A stretch of 64,000 nt of DNA from Candidatus Latescibacterota bacterium (lineage in GTDB: Bacteria > Latescibacterota > UBA2968 > GCA-2709665), in contig OZ252100.1 of the NCBI GenBank assembly GCA_965248435.1, positions 3,264,001 to 3,328,000 of the forward strand, given 5' to 3'. This document shows, one piece after another, positions 29,281-38,525 of this stretch (the first letter of the stretch is position 1; the number at the start of each line of letters is the position of its first letter). The notes under the pieces were generated by a model. It was not told the DNA's origin and ran no database searches. It was given only the letters and a program-made list of their open reading frames with translations. Made by a program: the position numbers and the translations under genes.

Positions 29281-30897
29281 TCAGTCTTCTACGATTTGCA
29301 GCGAATACAACCGCGCGTCCCGCATCCTGAACCGGATCCGCAGCGGAAACAGGCCTCCGATGTCTTCACGCCCTTTCCAGGAAAGGGTGTGCCGGACGCT
29401 GTCGCCGGTAAAGGGTTCACAGTCGGCCTGCCCGAATCCCGGAAGGACTCGACCGTCAGGATCGGTTAGCTCTGCCGTGATGGTTTCCTTCGTATCCGCG
29501 TTGATGACCAGACGATTTCCTGTGGACCAGAGCGATTTGGTCAAGAGCGTCCCTTCACGAGCGGGGGCGTTTATTTTCTTCACCGGGGCCGGCGTTTCCA
29601 TCGACACAAACCCGTCCAGCCTGAGTGTCGCCAGCCCGATCGAGTGGCACGTGTAGGGGTCGCGCCAGCCGTTGCCGCCATAATAGATGTGGATTTTATC
29701 GTCGCGGACAATAAAGTTAAAAGACTGGTTGTTGATGTCTTCCCAGGTTCCATCCGGGCCCGGCGGCATAAATGTCTTCCTGCCACTCAGGCGGTGCCAG
29801 TGCAGAAAATCCCGGCTGTAGGCGAGCTGGTTGTCGGAATCGTCCCCGGTGGGCACGTGGGTCTCACGATGGGCGCCCAGGGTGGCGATCCACATGTCTT
29901 CATATCTGAACGGGCTCAGGCTCTTGAATTCCACATCGGGCAGATCATCTGAATCGGGGAACAGGAGCAGCCTGGGGTGCGACCAGTGGAGCATATCCTT
30001 GGAGAGGGCCATCTGGATCGTGCGATGCGTCCTGAAATAAGGAAGGATGTTTCGCCTGCTCGCTCCCTGATTTCCGTAAGCGGGCCTGCGGTATAGGTTA
30101 CGCGTGAGAGAGATGTAGACCTGGTTTTCGCGGTCGTAGAGGGCGCCGCAGCTTTCGTCACCGATCCTTTCGAAAGTGTCCTGGATCTCCCAATGGATGC
30201 CGTCCTGAGAAACGGCGACCGTCATTTCCGGCTTGGTCTTCACGGTGGTCTTGTAGCGCCAGCGCCCGGGCTCCACATCGTGGGGATCCTTGATGCTGGG
30301 GGGTGCAAGATAGCAGTATTTGACGCCTTCCTTGAAAAAGATGATGTTGTTCTTGGTGCTGCCCTGGAATTCGACGATTCCGAGATCCGGTTTCTCCCAA
30401 CGAACCCCATCTTCCGATGTTGCGTACATGGTGTAACAGCCGACGTTCTCCAACCCGGGTGCGACGCTCCCCTTGGAACCGCCTTCCAGTCCTCCGTATG
30501 AGCCATACCACATCTTCCATATCCTGTCTTCCTCGTCGTACATCACCGATGGATTTATGATGTGATAGTTTTCGGCCGAACAGCCCTCCCAGGGGCGGTC
30601 TCTCGTCAGGATCGGGTTGTCCTGATGTTTGACCGGAGTATGCTGGGTTCGGCGGACGAACTGTGTTCCCAACAATATGTGCCCGGGGATCCCTGCCGAG
30701 ACGTCCTCCCCTCTCTCGACTTCCGCATCGTATAGGGCAGCTGTCTCTGCGGTGGTCTCGACGAGGAGGGGTGCCGACTTGTCGGCCCTTGGTGTCACCC
30801 ACCGATGTGTCTCAAGAATTTCGTCGTCGAAGAACAACTGCTTTCGGGTGCCGATGTTCTTTATGTCGACTGAGCTCGGTACTTCTACCCAATCCAT
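29281..30897 (-). CDS. five-bladed beta-propeller glycoside-hydrolase-like protein, paralogue 3
   Basis: start ATG 30897 (MDWVEVP, RBS GGAGA) matches the paralogue 2 N-terminus; same motifs. Confidence 0.75.
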   Translation of the reverse strand: MDWVEVPSSVDIKNIGTRKQLFFDDEILETHRWVTPRADKSAPLLVETTAETAALYDAEVERGEDVSAGIPGHILLGTQFVRRTQHTPVKHQDNPILTRDRPWEGCSAENYHIINPSVMYDEEDRIWKMWYGSYGGLEGGSKGSVAPGLENVGCYTMYATSEDGVRWEKPDLGIVEFQGSTKNNIIFFKEGVKYCYLAPPSIKDPHDVEPGRWRYKTTVKTKPEMTVAVSQDGIHWEIQDTFERIGDESCGALYDRENQVYISLTRNLYRRPAYGNQGASRRNILPYFRTHRTIQMALSKDMLHWSHPRLLLFPDSDDLPDVEFKSLSPFRYEDMWIATLGAHRETHVPTGDDSDNQLAYSRDFLHWHRLSGRKTFMPPGPDGTWEDINNQSFNFIVRDDKIHIYYGGNGWRDPYTCHSIGLATLRLDGFVSMETPAPVKKINAPAREGTLLTKSLWSTGNRLVINADTKETITAELTDPDGRVLPGFGQADCEPFTGDSVRHTLSWKGREDIGGLFPLRIRFRMRDARLYSLQIVED

Positions 30898-30911
30898 TAT
30901 TTCTCCAATCG

Positions 30912-31958
30912 TCAGCCAGCCGTTCTGTCCAACAAGAACAAACCGTGGATCTCGCACCCACCGGTCTCCGCATCCCTTGCGGTATAGAACGCACAAAAAA
31001 TCTGTTCGTTGTCAAGGTGCAGCATAGAGGGGTAGGCACAGTCCCGGTTTTCCCCACGGTAGAGATGGCCCAGGGGTGCCCAGGTTTGACCGAGATCACG
31101 ACTTACGGCACAGCCCATCCCGGGCTGGTCGGGGGTGACGTCGCGATAGGCGCACAGGATGTCCCCGGAGGCGAGCGCAATCAAAGCGGGACAGTTTCCC
31201 GGAAGTTCTGTGGGCTTGATCGCGCTCCACGTTCGGCCTTCGTCACTGGAATAGGACTGATAGAGGAGACCCGGTATGTTGGCACGTACGACCATCAACC
31301 ATCGTCCATCGCTCACGCGAAGTATGTCGGCTTCGCTCGGGCCGATTTGCGCCGTTCGGTCTTCGTGTATGATCGCATAATCAGGCCAGGAGTGACCGCC
31401 GTCGTCGGAGAAGGCCACGGCCACGACACGACAGCGAGGGTCTTCACTATATCGTGGTTCTCCATAGAAGGGGACCATCAATTTTCCGCCGGGAAGCTCC
31501 GCAACTCTTCCATAGGAGAAAGCTCGACCCGTTCGGCTGACGAAGGGGTAGTCCAGTTGGGGCCCGCTGACTTCCCAGATGTGACCGTTGTCGGTAGACC
31601 GTGTGAAACTTCCCCTCGCGTAGAACGCGTTTGACGCTTCTTCTCGCCTTCCTCGCGCCACGTGAAGCAGCAGGGTGCCGTCGGTCAAACGAGTCATTCC
31701 GTGGTTGGTGTAAAGGTCCCAACCCGGCTCTGCGGCTACTGCCTTGCTGAATGGCCAGGTTCTGCCTCCGTCGATGGATCTGGCGAGCACGAGCGCTCCG
31801 TCATTCGTGCGGTGATGATCGCCGCTCTCCGCATAGGCTACCAGGAGATCTCCGTTGGAGGCCATCTCGAGGGCGGGCCAGGCTCGGTGCCTGCTCTTGG
31901 GGCCGCCGGCGATGATGACCTGATCCTTTAGCTGGACGGGCGCGTCGTCCTGGAGCAT
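30912..31958 (-). CDS. BNR/Asp-box sialidase-like protein
   Basis: RSIDGGRTW, RSTDNGHIW, FSDDGGHSW, SSDEGRTW, SRDLGQTW; DCAYPS. Confidence 0.85.
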   Translation of the reverse strand: MLQDDAPVQLKDQVIIAGGPKSRHRAWPALEMASNGDLLVAYAESGDHHRTNDGALVLARSIDGGRTWPFSKAVAAEPGWDLYTNHGMTRLTDGTLLLHVARGRREEASNAFYARGSFTRSTDNGHIWEVSGPQLDYPFVSRTGRAFSYGRVAELPGGKLMVPFYGEPRYSEDPRCRVVAVAFSDDGGHSWPDYAIIHEDRTAQIGPSEADILRVSDGRWLMVVRANIPGLLYQSYSSDEGRTWSAIKPTELPGNCPALIALASGDILCAYRDVTPDQPGMGCAVSRDLGQTWAPLGHLYRGENRDCAYPSMLHLDNEQIFCAFYTARDAETGGCEIHGLFLLDRTAG

Positions 31959-32125
31959 CTCTACGCATCCCCTTTTAGATTCAATTCCTTTAGATTATGG
32001 GGCTTGCAGGTCAGCTTTTGCTCAATGAAGCACTCTGTTTTCGCAATGTCAACGACTATCCGAAGCAGAGGCTGACGCAAGAAATCGGCCTCCAGACGGT
32101 CACAAATCAAAAGACTAAAAAGTCC

Positions 32126-32153
32126 TTGACGTCTTGCCTTGTTCCGTTATATT
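32126..32153 (+). promoter_or_regulatory. sigma70-type promoter upstream of radical SAM gene
   Basis: TTGACG-16-TATATT. Confidence 0.5.
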
Positions 32154-32211
32154 TTTCAGAATTCGGGTTTAGACGTCGGAGTGGGGCATCTGTGCCTACG
32201 ACGCAAAAGTA

Positions 32212-32235
32212 GATATGTGATATGTGATATGTGAT
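32212..32235. repeat. GATATGT x3 heptamer array in radical SAM leader
   Basis: GATATGT-GATATGT-GATATGT-GAT. Confidence 0.8.
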
Positions 32236-32340
32236 TGGACTAACTTATCTTAATGAATTGCTGAATCCCCCGTTTTTGGAGTTATTTAAGGAGTAATGCC
32301 CGGGGGGATATTCTGAAAAAGCTTGAGGGAAGGGGTTTAG

Positions 32341-34290
32341 ATGGGCTATCGCGATCGTATGCTCACAAAAGCGGCTGACGTCGGCTGGAAGATCTTTCAA
32401 AGTGTAAACACCCGCATCCCTGAGGGGCAGCCCTTTCAGCCTGCCTGGGCTCCAGCACCTCTGCTGAAGAGCTATCAGCGCTCCAAGCCGGAGCTGGGAT
32501 TCCCGAGGGAAACGGATTCGCTTTGTCCGGACTGTGTAAAGGAGGTACGAAGCGCCGTCATCGATGGCCGGCGCGATCTCAGCGAGCTGGTCGACGGTAA
32601 CCCCGGAGAGATCAAGGTAAAGCTTCTCGAGGAGGACGGAAAGATCATCTATCGAAAGACCTGTCCCACTCATGGGTCTTATGAAGATGTGCAGTCGATC
32701 GATCCCGAGTTCAGCCGAATCATCGAGGGTCGGTTTCCGGGAAGGGACTACCAGACATTTGGTGACGAACACCTTCACCGCCACGGCACTTCAAGCATCA
32801 AGTATGGGAGAGGCGCGGTCCTGACGATCGACCTGACGAACCGCTGCAACATGATGTGCAACCCCTGCTTTATGGACGCAAACCAGGTCGGATACGTGCA
32901 TGAACTGACGATGGACGAAGTCAAACGCATCCTGGATGCCTCGATTTCGTTCAAGCCCAGAAGGCAGATGTCCGTGCAGTTCTCGGGTGGAGAACCGACC
33001 ATATCGCCTCATTTTCTGGACGCATGTCGTTACGCCAAGGAAGTAGGTTATTGGTGTGTCCAGGCCGCGACGAACGGAGTTCGATTTGCGCAGGAGCCCG
33101 AATTCGCCTTTGAGGCCAAAGAGGCCGGCCTCACGATGGCCTATCTGCAGTTCGATGGGGTCACGAACGCTGCGAATCAGCACCGTCACATCAGCAACCT
33201 ATTCGATGCAAAGCTCCTGGCGATGGAAAATCTGGCCGCGGCCGGGATCGACATCACTCCGGTTACAACCGTGCTGAACACGATCAACAACGATCAAGTA
33301 GGCCCGATTCTGCAGTTCTGCATCGACAACAGCGACAAGGTCGGTTCGATCTCCTTCCAGCCGGTCTCCTTCACGGGGCGGGACGAAGACATCAGCGACG
33401 CGCTCCGGCATGAGCAGCGCTACACGATCTCGCACCTCGCCAGGGACCTGCAGGAATGGTCTGATGGAAAGCTGGATATGTATCGAGATTGGTACCCACT
33501 GGGCGCCGGTACCCTTTTCAGCACACTGGCCGATCACCTTCGTGGGCCCGACACCGAGTTCGGGGGGCAGACTTGCTCGTGTCACCCGAACTGTGGTTCG
33601 AGTGTCCATATCGTTGTGAATGAGCGGACAAAAGAGTGGGCATCATTCACCGAGTTCTTTAATCTGGATCAGTTTATGAGCGATGTCGAGGTGATGACGG
33701 ATACGGCTCGAGATCCCCAAGTGACGAAGATTCAGATTGCCCTCTCGGCCCTGCGAAACTTTGACGAGAAGAAGGCGCCACCAGGCTTCGAATTGGAAGA
33801 CCTGGGACGGATGTTCGACCGCAGGATGGGGGGCGCGATCAGCGGCGGCGAGCGCCCCGATGACAAGAGATGGCGGTTCATGTGGGTTGGCGGGATGTGG
33901 TTCCAGGACCTATGGACCTACGATTTCCGGCGGACCGAAATGTGCGTGATTCCATATGCGACTCAGGATGGGGAGATCTCCTTCTGCGCCTACAACACGG
34001 GTATCGGCTGGCGGCAGATCATCGAAAATATGCACATGACGGCGACGACCGCAGAGTGGTTCAAGACCCGCGGGCGTCATGCTATTTATGCGGGAGACCG
34101 CGACATGCCGCTTCCAGGTGCACAGCATACTCTGAGGATTCGCGAGAATGAAAACGGTGACATCGAGCTTCCGGTAGTCGCCGATGCAGAAGGGAACGGG
34201 AATGGCAGCTGCGGGTGTTCATCCGGTGAGGACTCTCAAGACGAAATTCGCAAGATACTCGCAGCTCCAGTAGAGGAAACTGTGGCGTAG
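32341..34290 (+). CDS. radical SAM enzyme, tetraether lipid synthase (Tes/GDGT-MAS)-like
   Basis: N-terminal SLCPDC...KTCPTHG; IDLTNRCNMMCNPCF; QFSGGEPT; ATNG; YLQFDG; FQPVSFTGR; CHPNCG; MWFQD...EMCVIPYAT..GEISFCAYN. Confidence 0.82.
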   Translation: MGYRDRMLTKAADVGWKIFQSVNTRIPEGQPFQPAWAPAPLLKSYQRSKPELGFPRETDSLCPDCVKEVRSAVIDGRRDLSELVDGNPGEIKVKLLEEDGKIIYRKTCPTHGSYEDVQSIDPEFSRIIEGRFPGRDYQTFGDEHLHRHGTSSIKYGRGAVLTIDLTNRCNMMCNPCFMDANQVGYVHELTMDEVKRILDASISFKPRRQMSVQFSGGEPTISPHFLDACRYAKEVGYWCVQAATNGVRFAQEPEFAFEAKEAGLTMAYLQFDGVTNAANQHRHISNLFDAKLLAMENLAAAGIDITPVTTVLNTINNDQVGPILQFCIDNSDKVGSISFQPVSFTGRDEDISDALRHEQRYTISHLARDLQEWSDGKLDMYRDWYPLGAGTLFSTLADHLRGPDTEFGGQTCSCHPNCGSSVHIVVNERTKEWASFTEFFNLDQFMSDVEVMTDTARDPQVTKIQIALSALRNFDEKKAPPGFELEDLGRMFDRRMGGAISGGERPDDKRWRFMWVGGMWFQDLWTYDFRRTEMCVIPYATQDGEISFCAYNTGIGWRQIIENMHMTATTAEWFKTRGRHAIYAGDRDMPLPGAQHTLRIRENENGDIELPVVADAEGNGNGSCGCSSGEDSQDEIRKILAAPVEETVA

Positions 34291-34318
34291 CCGCCGATCC
34301 TCGACGTGCTTGTTTTCG

Positions 34319-34354
34319 AATCCGGGTGCTGTGGTCAGCACCCGGATTTATTTT
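34319..34354 (+). terminator. intrinsic terminator
   Basis: perfect 13-bp stem AATCCGGGTGCTG/CAGCACCCGGATT followed by TATTTT. Confidence 0.8.
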
Positions 34355-34398
34355 GCATCATAAAAAGACACGAAGGGACGCTAAGCAGGTGCCTTCCA

Positions 34399-34427
34399 TT
34401 GACAAAGCTGACCCGATTATGTATCAT
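34399..34427 (+). promoter_or_regulatory. sigma70-type promoter for tig-clpP-clpX
   Basis: TTGACA-17-TATCAT with TG immediately upstream of the -10. Confidence 0.75.
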
Positions 34428-34488
34428 TGAATTTTGGAGTTTGCTATAAGAGGAAGTAATCATTTTAGAAAGGAAGTCCCCAAGCTCT

Positions 34489-35742
34489 ATGAAGGTTCAG
34501 GTTACCGAATCCGGAACGTGGCGGCGGACGCTGGAGGTCGAGGTTTCCCCTGAGGCTGTGGAAGAAAAATTCGAGGCGGCCTACAAGAATTACGGGAAAT
34601 CTCTTAATCTTCCCGGGTTCAGGAAGGGCAAGGTCCCGTTGAGGGTCGTGAAGGCCAGATTCGGCAAGGCCATTCAGGGCGAGGTCCTGCAGGAAATCAT
34701 CAACGAGTCTTATCAAGAGGCGAGCAAATCCCAAGATCTGCACCCCGTTTCCGAGGCCACGATCGAAGATATGAACCACGCAGAGGGTCAACCTCTCAGG
34801 TTCAAGGTCTCGGTGGATGTCAAGCCGGAGCTTGTCGTGGAGCACTACAAGGGCTTGAAGGTCGTTCGCCCGACCTTCAAGGTTGGCCCTGAAATGGAGG
34901 AAGGGCAGCTGAAGGCCCTTCAAGACCAGAATGCTGTCGAACAGGTGGTGGATCGACCCGCTGATCTGGGTGATGTTCTGTTGACGGATCTGCAGGAGTC
35001 CGACGAGTCTGGTCTTCCGGTTGTGGGCAGGAAACAAGAAGACCGCGCCTTTCAGCTCGGTGCACAAGGGGCCGACAGTCACGACGTTGACAACCAGCTG
35101 ATCGGCATCAAAGTCGGCGAAGAGCGGAGGGTTCATTTCACTCAGTCCGGGGACGGAGAGAGTCGCAAGATTCACTTCACTGTGGCCGCAAAGGAGATCC
35201 GGGAACGGATTCTCCCTGAATTGGACGACGAGTTCGCCAAAGATCTCGGAGATTTCGATTCGCTCGATGCGCTCAAGACCAGTATACGGGAAGACCTCGA
35301 GGCTCGGTCGGGCTATGCGTCCAAAATGCGCCTCGAAGAAAACATCGTGGATGCGCTGGTTCGTAAGAACGTGTTCGACGTCCCTGAAAGTATGGTAGAG
35401 AATTACCTTAATGCCCTGATCGAGAATTACAAGAAAGAGAACGAGAAGATAGACGAAGAGGCCGTGCGGAATGAAGGTCGCGGAGCGGCCGTTCGAAGCG
35501 TGAAGCGACATCTTCTATTGGAAGCCATCGGGCGTTTGGAGGCCATCGAGGTTACGGAAGAAGATGTGGATCGCCACCTCGAGAGCCTTTCTCAGCGCCA
35601 TAACGTAGAGGGCCCTCGTCTCAGACAAATCCTCGGCCGCTCTGGCCAGTTGGACCGCATTCGTTCAGAACTTCTGGAGGGGAAGACGCTGGACTTTCTC
35701 GTAGAAAGTGCCGAAGTTAACGATGTTGAAGAGAGCGCGTAA
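34489..35742 (+). CDS. tig: trigger factor
   Basis: ribosome-binding motif PGFRKGKVP, LPELDDEFAK; upstream of clpPX. Confidence 0.95.
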   Translation: MKVQVTESGTWRRTLEVEVSPEAVEEKFEAAYKNYGKSLNLPGFRKGKVPLRVVKARFGKAIQGEVLQEIINESYQEASKSQDLHPVSEATIEDMNHAEGQPLRFKVSVDVKPELVVEHYKGLKVVRPTFKVGPEMEEGQLKALQDQNAVEQVVDRPADLGDVLLTDLQESDESGLPVVGRKQEDRAFQLGAQGADSHDVDNQLIGIKVGEERRVHFTQSGDGESRKIHFTVAAKEIRERILPELDDEFAKDLGDFDSLDALKTSIREDLEARSGYASKMRLEENIVDALVRKNVFDVPESMVENYLNALIENYKKENEKIDEEAVRNEGRGAAVRSVKRHLLLEAIGRLEAIEVTEEDVDRHLESLSQRHNVEGPRLRQILGRSGQLDRIRSELLEGKTLDFLVESAEVNDVEESA

Positions 35743-35809
35743 GTCACACATTACCATACGGAATTTGTCTTTTTGTCGTTCATTGTCGCCCTAAGGAGCT
35801 AGATCTTTT

Positions 35810-36424
35810 ATGGCATTGGTGCCCATGGTGCTGGAGCAGACCGGGCGGGGTGAAAGGTCGTATGACATTTTCTCCCGTCTGCTGAGGGACAACATCATAT
35901 TTATCGGTACGCCGATTAACGATACGATCGCGAATCTGGTGATTGCCCAGATGCTCTTCTGCAGTGCAGAGACCCCGGAAAAACCGATTCGTCTCTACAT
36001 CAATTCACCCGGGGGAAGCATCACAGCGGGCTTAGCGATCTACGACACGATGCAATATGTCTCCAACGATGTGGAAGCCATCTGCCTGGGTCAGGCCTTC
36101 AGCATGGCCGCTGTACTGCTCGCGGGCGGGACGAAAGGCGAGCGCAGGGCGCTGCCAAATTCACGAATCCTCCTACATCAGCCGATGGGTGGCGCGGGCG
36201 GACAGGCTTCCGATGTTGAACGACACGCAAAAGAGATCTTGGCCTGGAGGGATCGAATCAACGAGATCCTATCCGAAAATACGGGTCAGCCCCTGGAACG
36301 GGTGATTCGGGATACAGATCGGGATTTCTTCATGTCGGCCGCTGATGCGAAGGAGTATGGTTTGATCGACGAAGTCCTTGTTCCCGGCAAGGAACGGGAA
36401 GAGCAATCCGAGGGAGATGAGTAG
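35810..36424 (+). CDS. clpP: ATP-dependent Clp protease proteolytic subunit
   Basis: [36 protein letters not shown]. Confidence 0.98.
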   Translation: MALVPMVLEQTGRGERSYDIFSRLLRDNIIFIGTPINDTIANLVIAQMLFCSAETPEKPIRLYINSPGGSITAGLAIYDTMQYVSNDVEAICLGQAFSMAAVLLAGGTKGERRALPNSRILLHQPMGGAGGQASDVERHAKEILAWRDRINEILSENTGQPLERVIRDTDRDFFMSAADAKEYGLIDEVLVPGKEREEQSEGDE

Positions 36425-36432
36425 GTTATCAG

Positions 36433-37677
36433 ATGAAGAGGCGAACCTCCAGAACAGACCTACGGTGCTCGTTCTGCGGAAAGAGTGCTGAGCAGGTCGA
36501 CAAGATCGTAACAGGGCCCTCGGTTCACATCTGCAGTGACTGTGTTCGTCTTTGTAACGATGTCCTGCTGGAGGACGTCAAGCAGCGACCCGTTTCCTTC
36601 GAAAGAGAGCTGCCAAAACCTTTTGAAATCAAGGCCCGACTGGATGACTACGTGATTGGGCAAGAGCCGGCGAAGCGGGCGCTTTCCGTCGCGGTTTACA
36701 ATCACTACAAACGCATTCGCTCCATGATCTCGACCGAGGATGTGGAGCTTGAAAAGAGTAATATTCTCCTCATCGGGTCTACCGGGACCGGCAAGACCCT
36801 GATGGCGCATACACTCGCCCGCATTCTTCAGGTTCCTTTTTCGATCGCAGATGCGACCATACTGACTGAGGCGGGTTACGTGGGTGAGGACGTCGAGAAT
36901 ATTCTTGTGCGTCTGCTGCAGTCCGCAGACTATGACGTGGCGCAGGCTGAGATGGGCATTCTCTATCTTGACGAGATCGACAAGGTCTCTCGAAAGTCAG
37001 CCAACCCGTCGATCACTCGGGATGTGTCGGGGGAGGGCGTTCAGCAGGCGCTTCTGAAAATCCTGGAAGGGACGGTGGCCAGCATCCCCCCGAAGGGCGG
37101 GAGAAAGCATCCGGAACAGCCCCTGATTCAAGTCAACACCAAGAATATCCTGTTTATCTGCGGCGGAGCATTCGACGGATTAGAGAACATCGTAAGTGCA
37201 AGAGTGGGACGAAAGACGATGGGGTTCGGCACACAAACAGGCGGCTCCGCAGATTGGAATATCGGCGAACTGTTCGCGGAGGTAGAACCCGAAGACCTGC
37301 TCAAGTACGGCCTCATTCCCGAGCTTGTAGGCCGTCTTCCACTCGTGTGTGCCTTAGATGACCTGGACGAAGGTTCCTTGATGAGGATCCTCAGCGAACC
37401 CAAGAATGCGATTACCAAGCAGTACCAGAAGTTGTTCGAGATGGATGGGGTAGAGTTGAAGTTTGACGCGAAGGCCCTGCGACAGGTTGTGAATTTGACG
37501 CTGAAAAAGGGCACGGGCGCGAGGGGACTCAGGTCTGTTCTTGAGGAAGTAATGATCGACTTGATGTACGAGAGTCCTTCGAGTTCCGACCTAAAAGAGG
37601 TGACTGTAACCGAAGAGATGGTGCTCAATCCAAGTCGCTCTCGGGAGCAGTTTGCAAAGCAGAAGAAACGCGCGTAG
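36433..37677 (+). CDS. clpX: ATP-dependent Clp protease ATP-binding subunit
   Basis: CSFCGK...CSDC zinc finger, [35 protein letters not shown]. Confidence 0.98.
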   Translation: MKRRTSRTDLRCSFCGKSAEQVDKIVTGPSVHICSDCVRLCNDVLLEDVKQRPVSFERELPKPFEIKARLDDYVIGQEPAKRALSVAVYNHYKRIRSMISTEDVELEKSNILLIGSTGTGKTLMAHTLARILQVPFSIADATILTEAGYVGEDVENILVRLLQSADYDVAQAEMGILYLDEIDKVSRKSANPSITRDVSGEGVQQALLKILEGTVASIPPKGGRKHPEQPLIQVNTKNILFICGGAFDGLENIVSARVGRKTMGFGTQTGGSADWNIGELFAEVEPEDLLKYGLIPELVGRLPLVCALDDLDEGSLMRILSEPKNAITKQYQKLFEMDGVELKFDAKALRQVVNLTLKKGTGARGLRSVLEEVMIDLMYESPSSSDLKEVTVTEEMVLNPSRSREQFAKQKKRA

Positions 37678-37778
37678 CCCTTCACGGGTCGAGGTGTTTA
37701 ACTTCGACCATTCTTCCCTGGAACCGGGGTCAGAAGGAGACACCCCGGTTTTCCTTTGCCCGGAGCAGGAAACAATCT

Positions 37779-38360
37779 TTGAAGGTCCGTTTCGCAGAGT
37801 TCGTGACGAGCGTGGGCCGGCCGGACCAGATCCCACAAGATGGTTTGCCTGAAATTGCCTTTGCGGGCAGGTCGAACGTAGGGAAGTCATCTTTGTTGAA
37901 TCGTCTGCTGAATCGGAAAGCGCTTGCCAAAACCAGCCGTACACCGGGAAAGACCCGAACGCTAAACTATTATATTGTAAACAGAGAACTCTACCTGGTT
38001 GACCTTCCCGGGTACGGATACGCCCGCCGAAGCCACAGCGAGCGGGAGCAGTGGGCGAAGCTCGTCGATGCCTATATCCAGGACCGAACTCCACTCAAGG
38101 GAATCGTGCAGCTGGTGGATGCCCGACACGATCCGACGGCTGACGATCTGGAGATGATCGAGTGGCTGAACCAGTCTCGAAAACCCTTTCTTGTCGTTGC
38201 CACAAAGGCAGACCTGCTTTCCGGGAGCCGATTCAAACCGAGGCTGGACCAGACCCTGAAGACTTTTCAAGGCTACGGATCAGTCGAGCTCGTCCCCTTT
38301 TCCGCCAAGACAGGTCGAGGGAAGGAAAATGTGTGGCGATGGATCGATGGGAAAGTCTAA
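37779..38360 (+). CDS. engB: ribosome biogenesis GTPase EngB/YihA
   Basis: AFAGRSNVGKSS, TPGKT, DLPGYGY, TKAD; start uncertain. Confidence 0.95.
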   Translation: MKVRFAEFVTSVGRPDQIPQDGLPEIAFAGRSNVGKSSLLNRLLNRKALAKTSRTPGKTRTLNYYIVNRELYLVDLPGYGYARRSHSEREQWAKLVDAYIQDRTPLKGIVQLVDARHDPTADDLEMIEWLNQSRKPFLVVATKADLLSGSRFKPRLDQTLKTFQGYGSVELVPFSAKTGRGKENVWRWIDGKV

Positions 38361-38374
38361 TGATTTCGGATTGA

Positions 38375-38474
38375 GTGGGGGAATGAGGGAGAAAAGCGCA
38401 TGCGCTGGAGTAATGGAGTAATGGAGTAATGGAGTAATGGGGTGGCAGGGGTTCTAATACTCCAATACTCCACT
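38375..38474 (+). repeat. GGAGTAAT/ATTACTCC hairpin element, copy 3 (shorter)
   Basis: (GGAGTAAT)x4 followed by AATACTCC-AATACTCC. Confidence 0.8.
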
Positions 38475-38525
38475 GCTGAAATACTTCAGTGTGGCAGCTG
38501 AGAACTGCTTTAATCGAGTGTTTGA

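Noticed and set aside
25855-30897. Diversity-generating retroelement template/variable repeats among the paralogues
   Set aside because: Differences are spread along whole genes, no adenine-specific pattern was evident by eye, and no reverse transcriptase is in the window.
34290-34488. tRNA upstream of tig
   Set aside because: No cloverleaf with D and T arms and an acceptor stem; only a terminator and a promoter.
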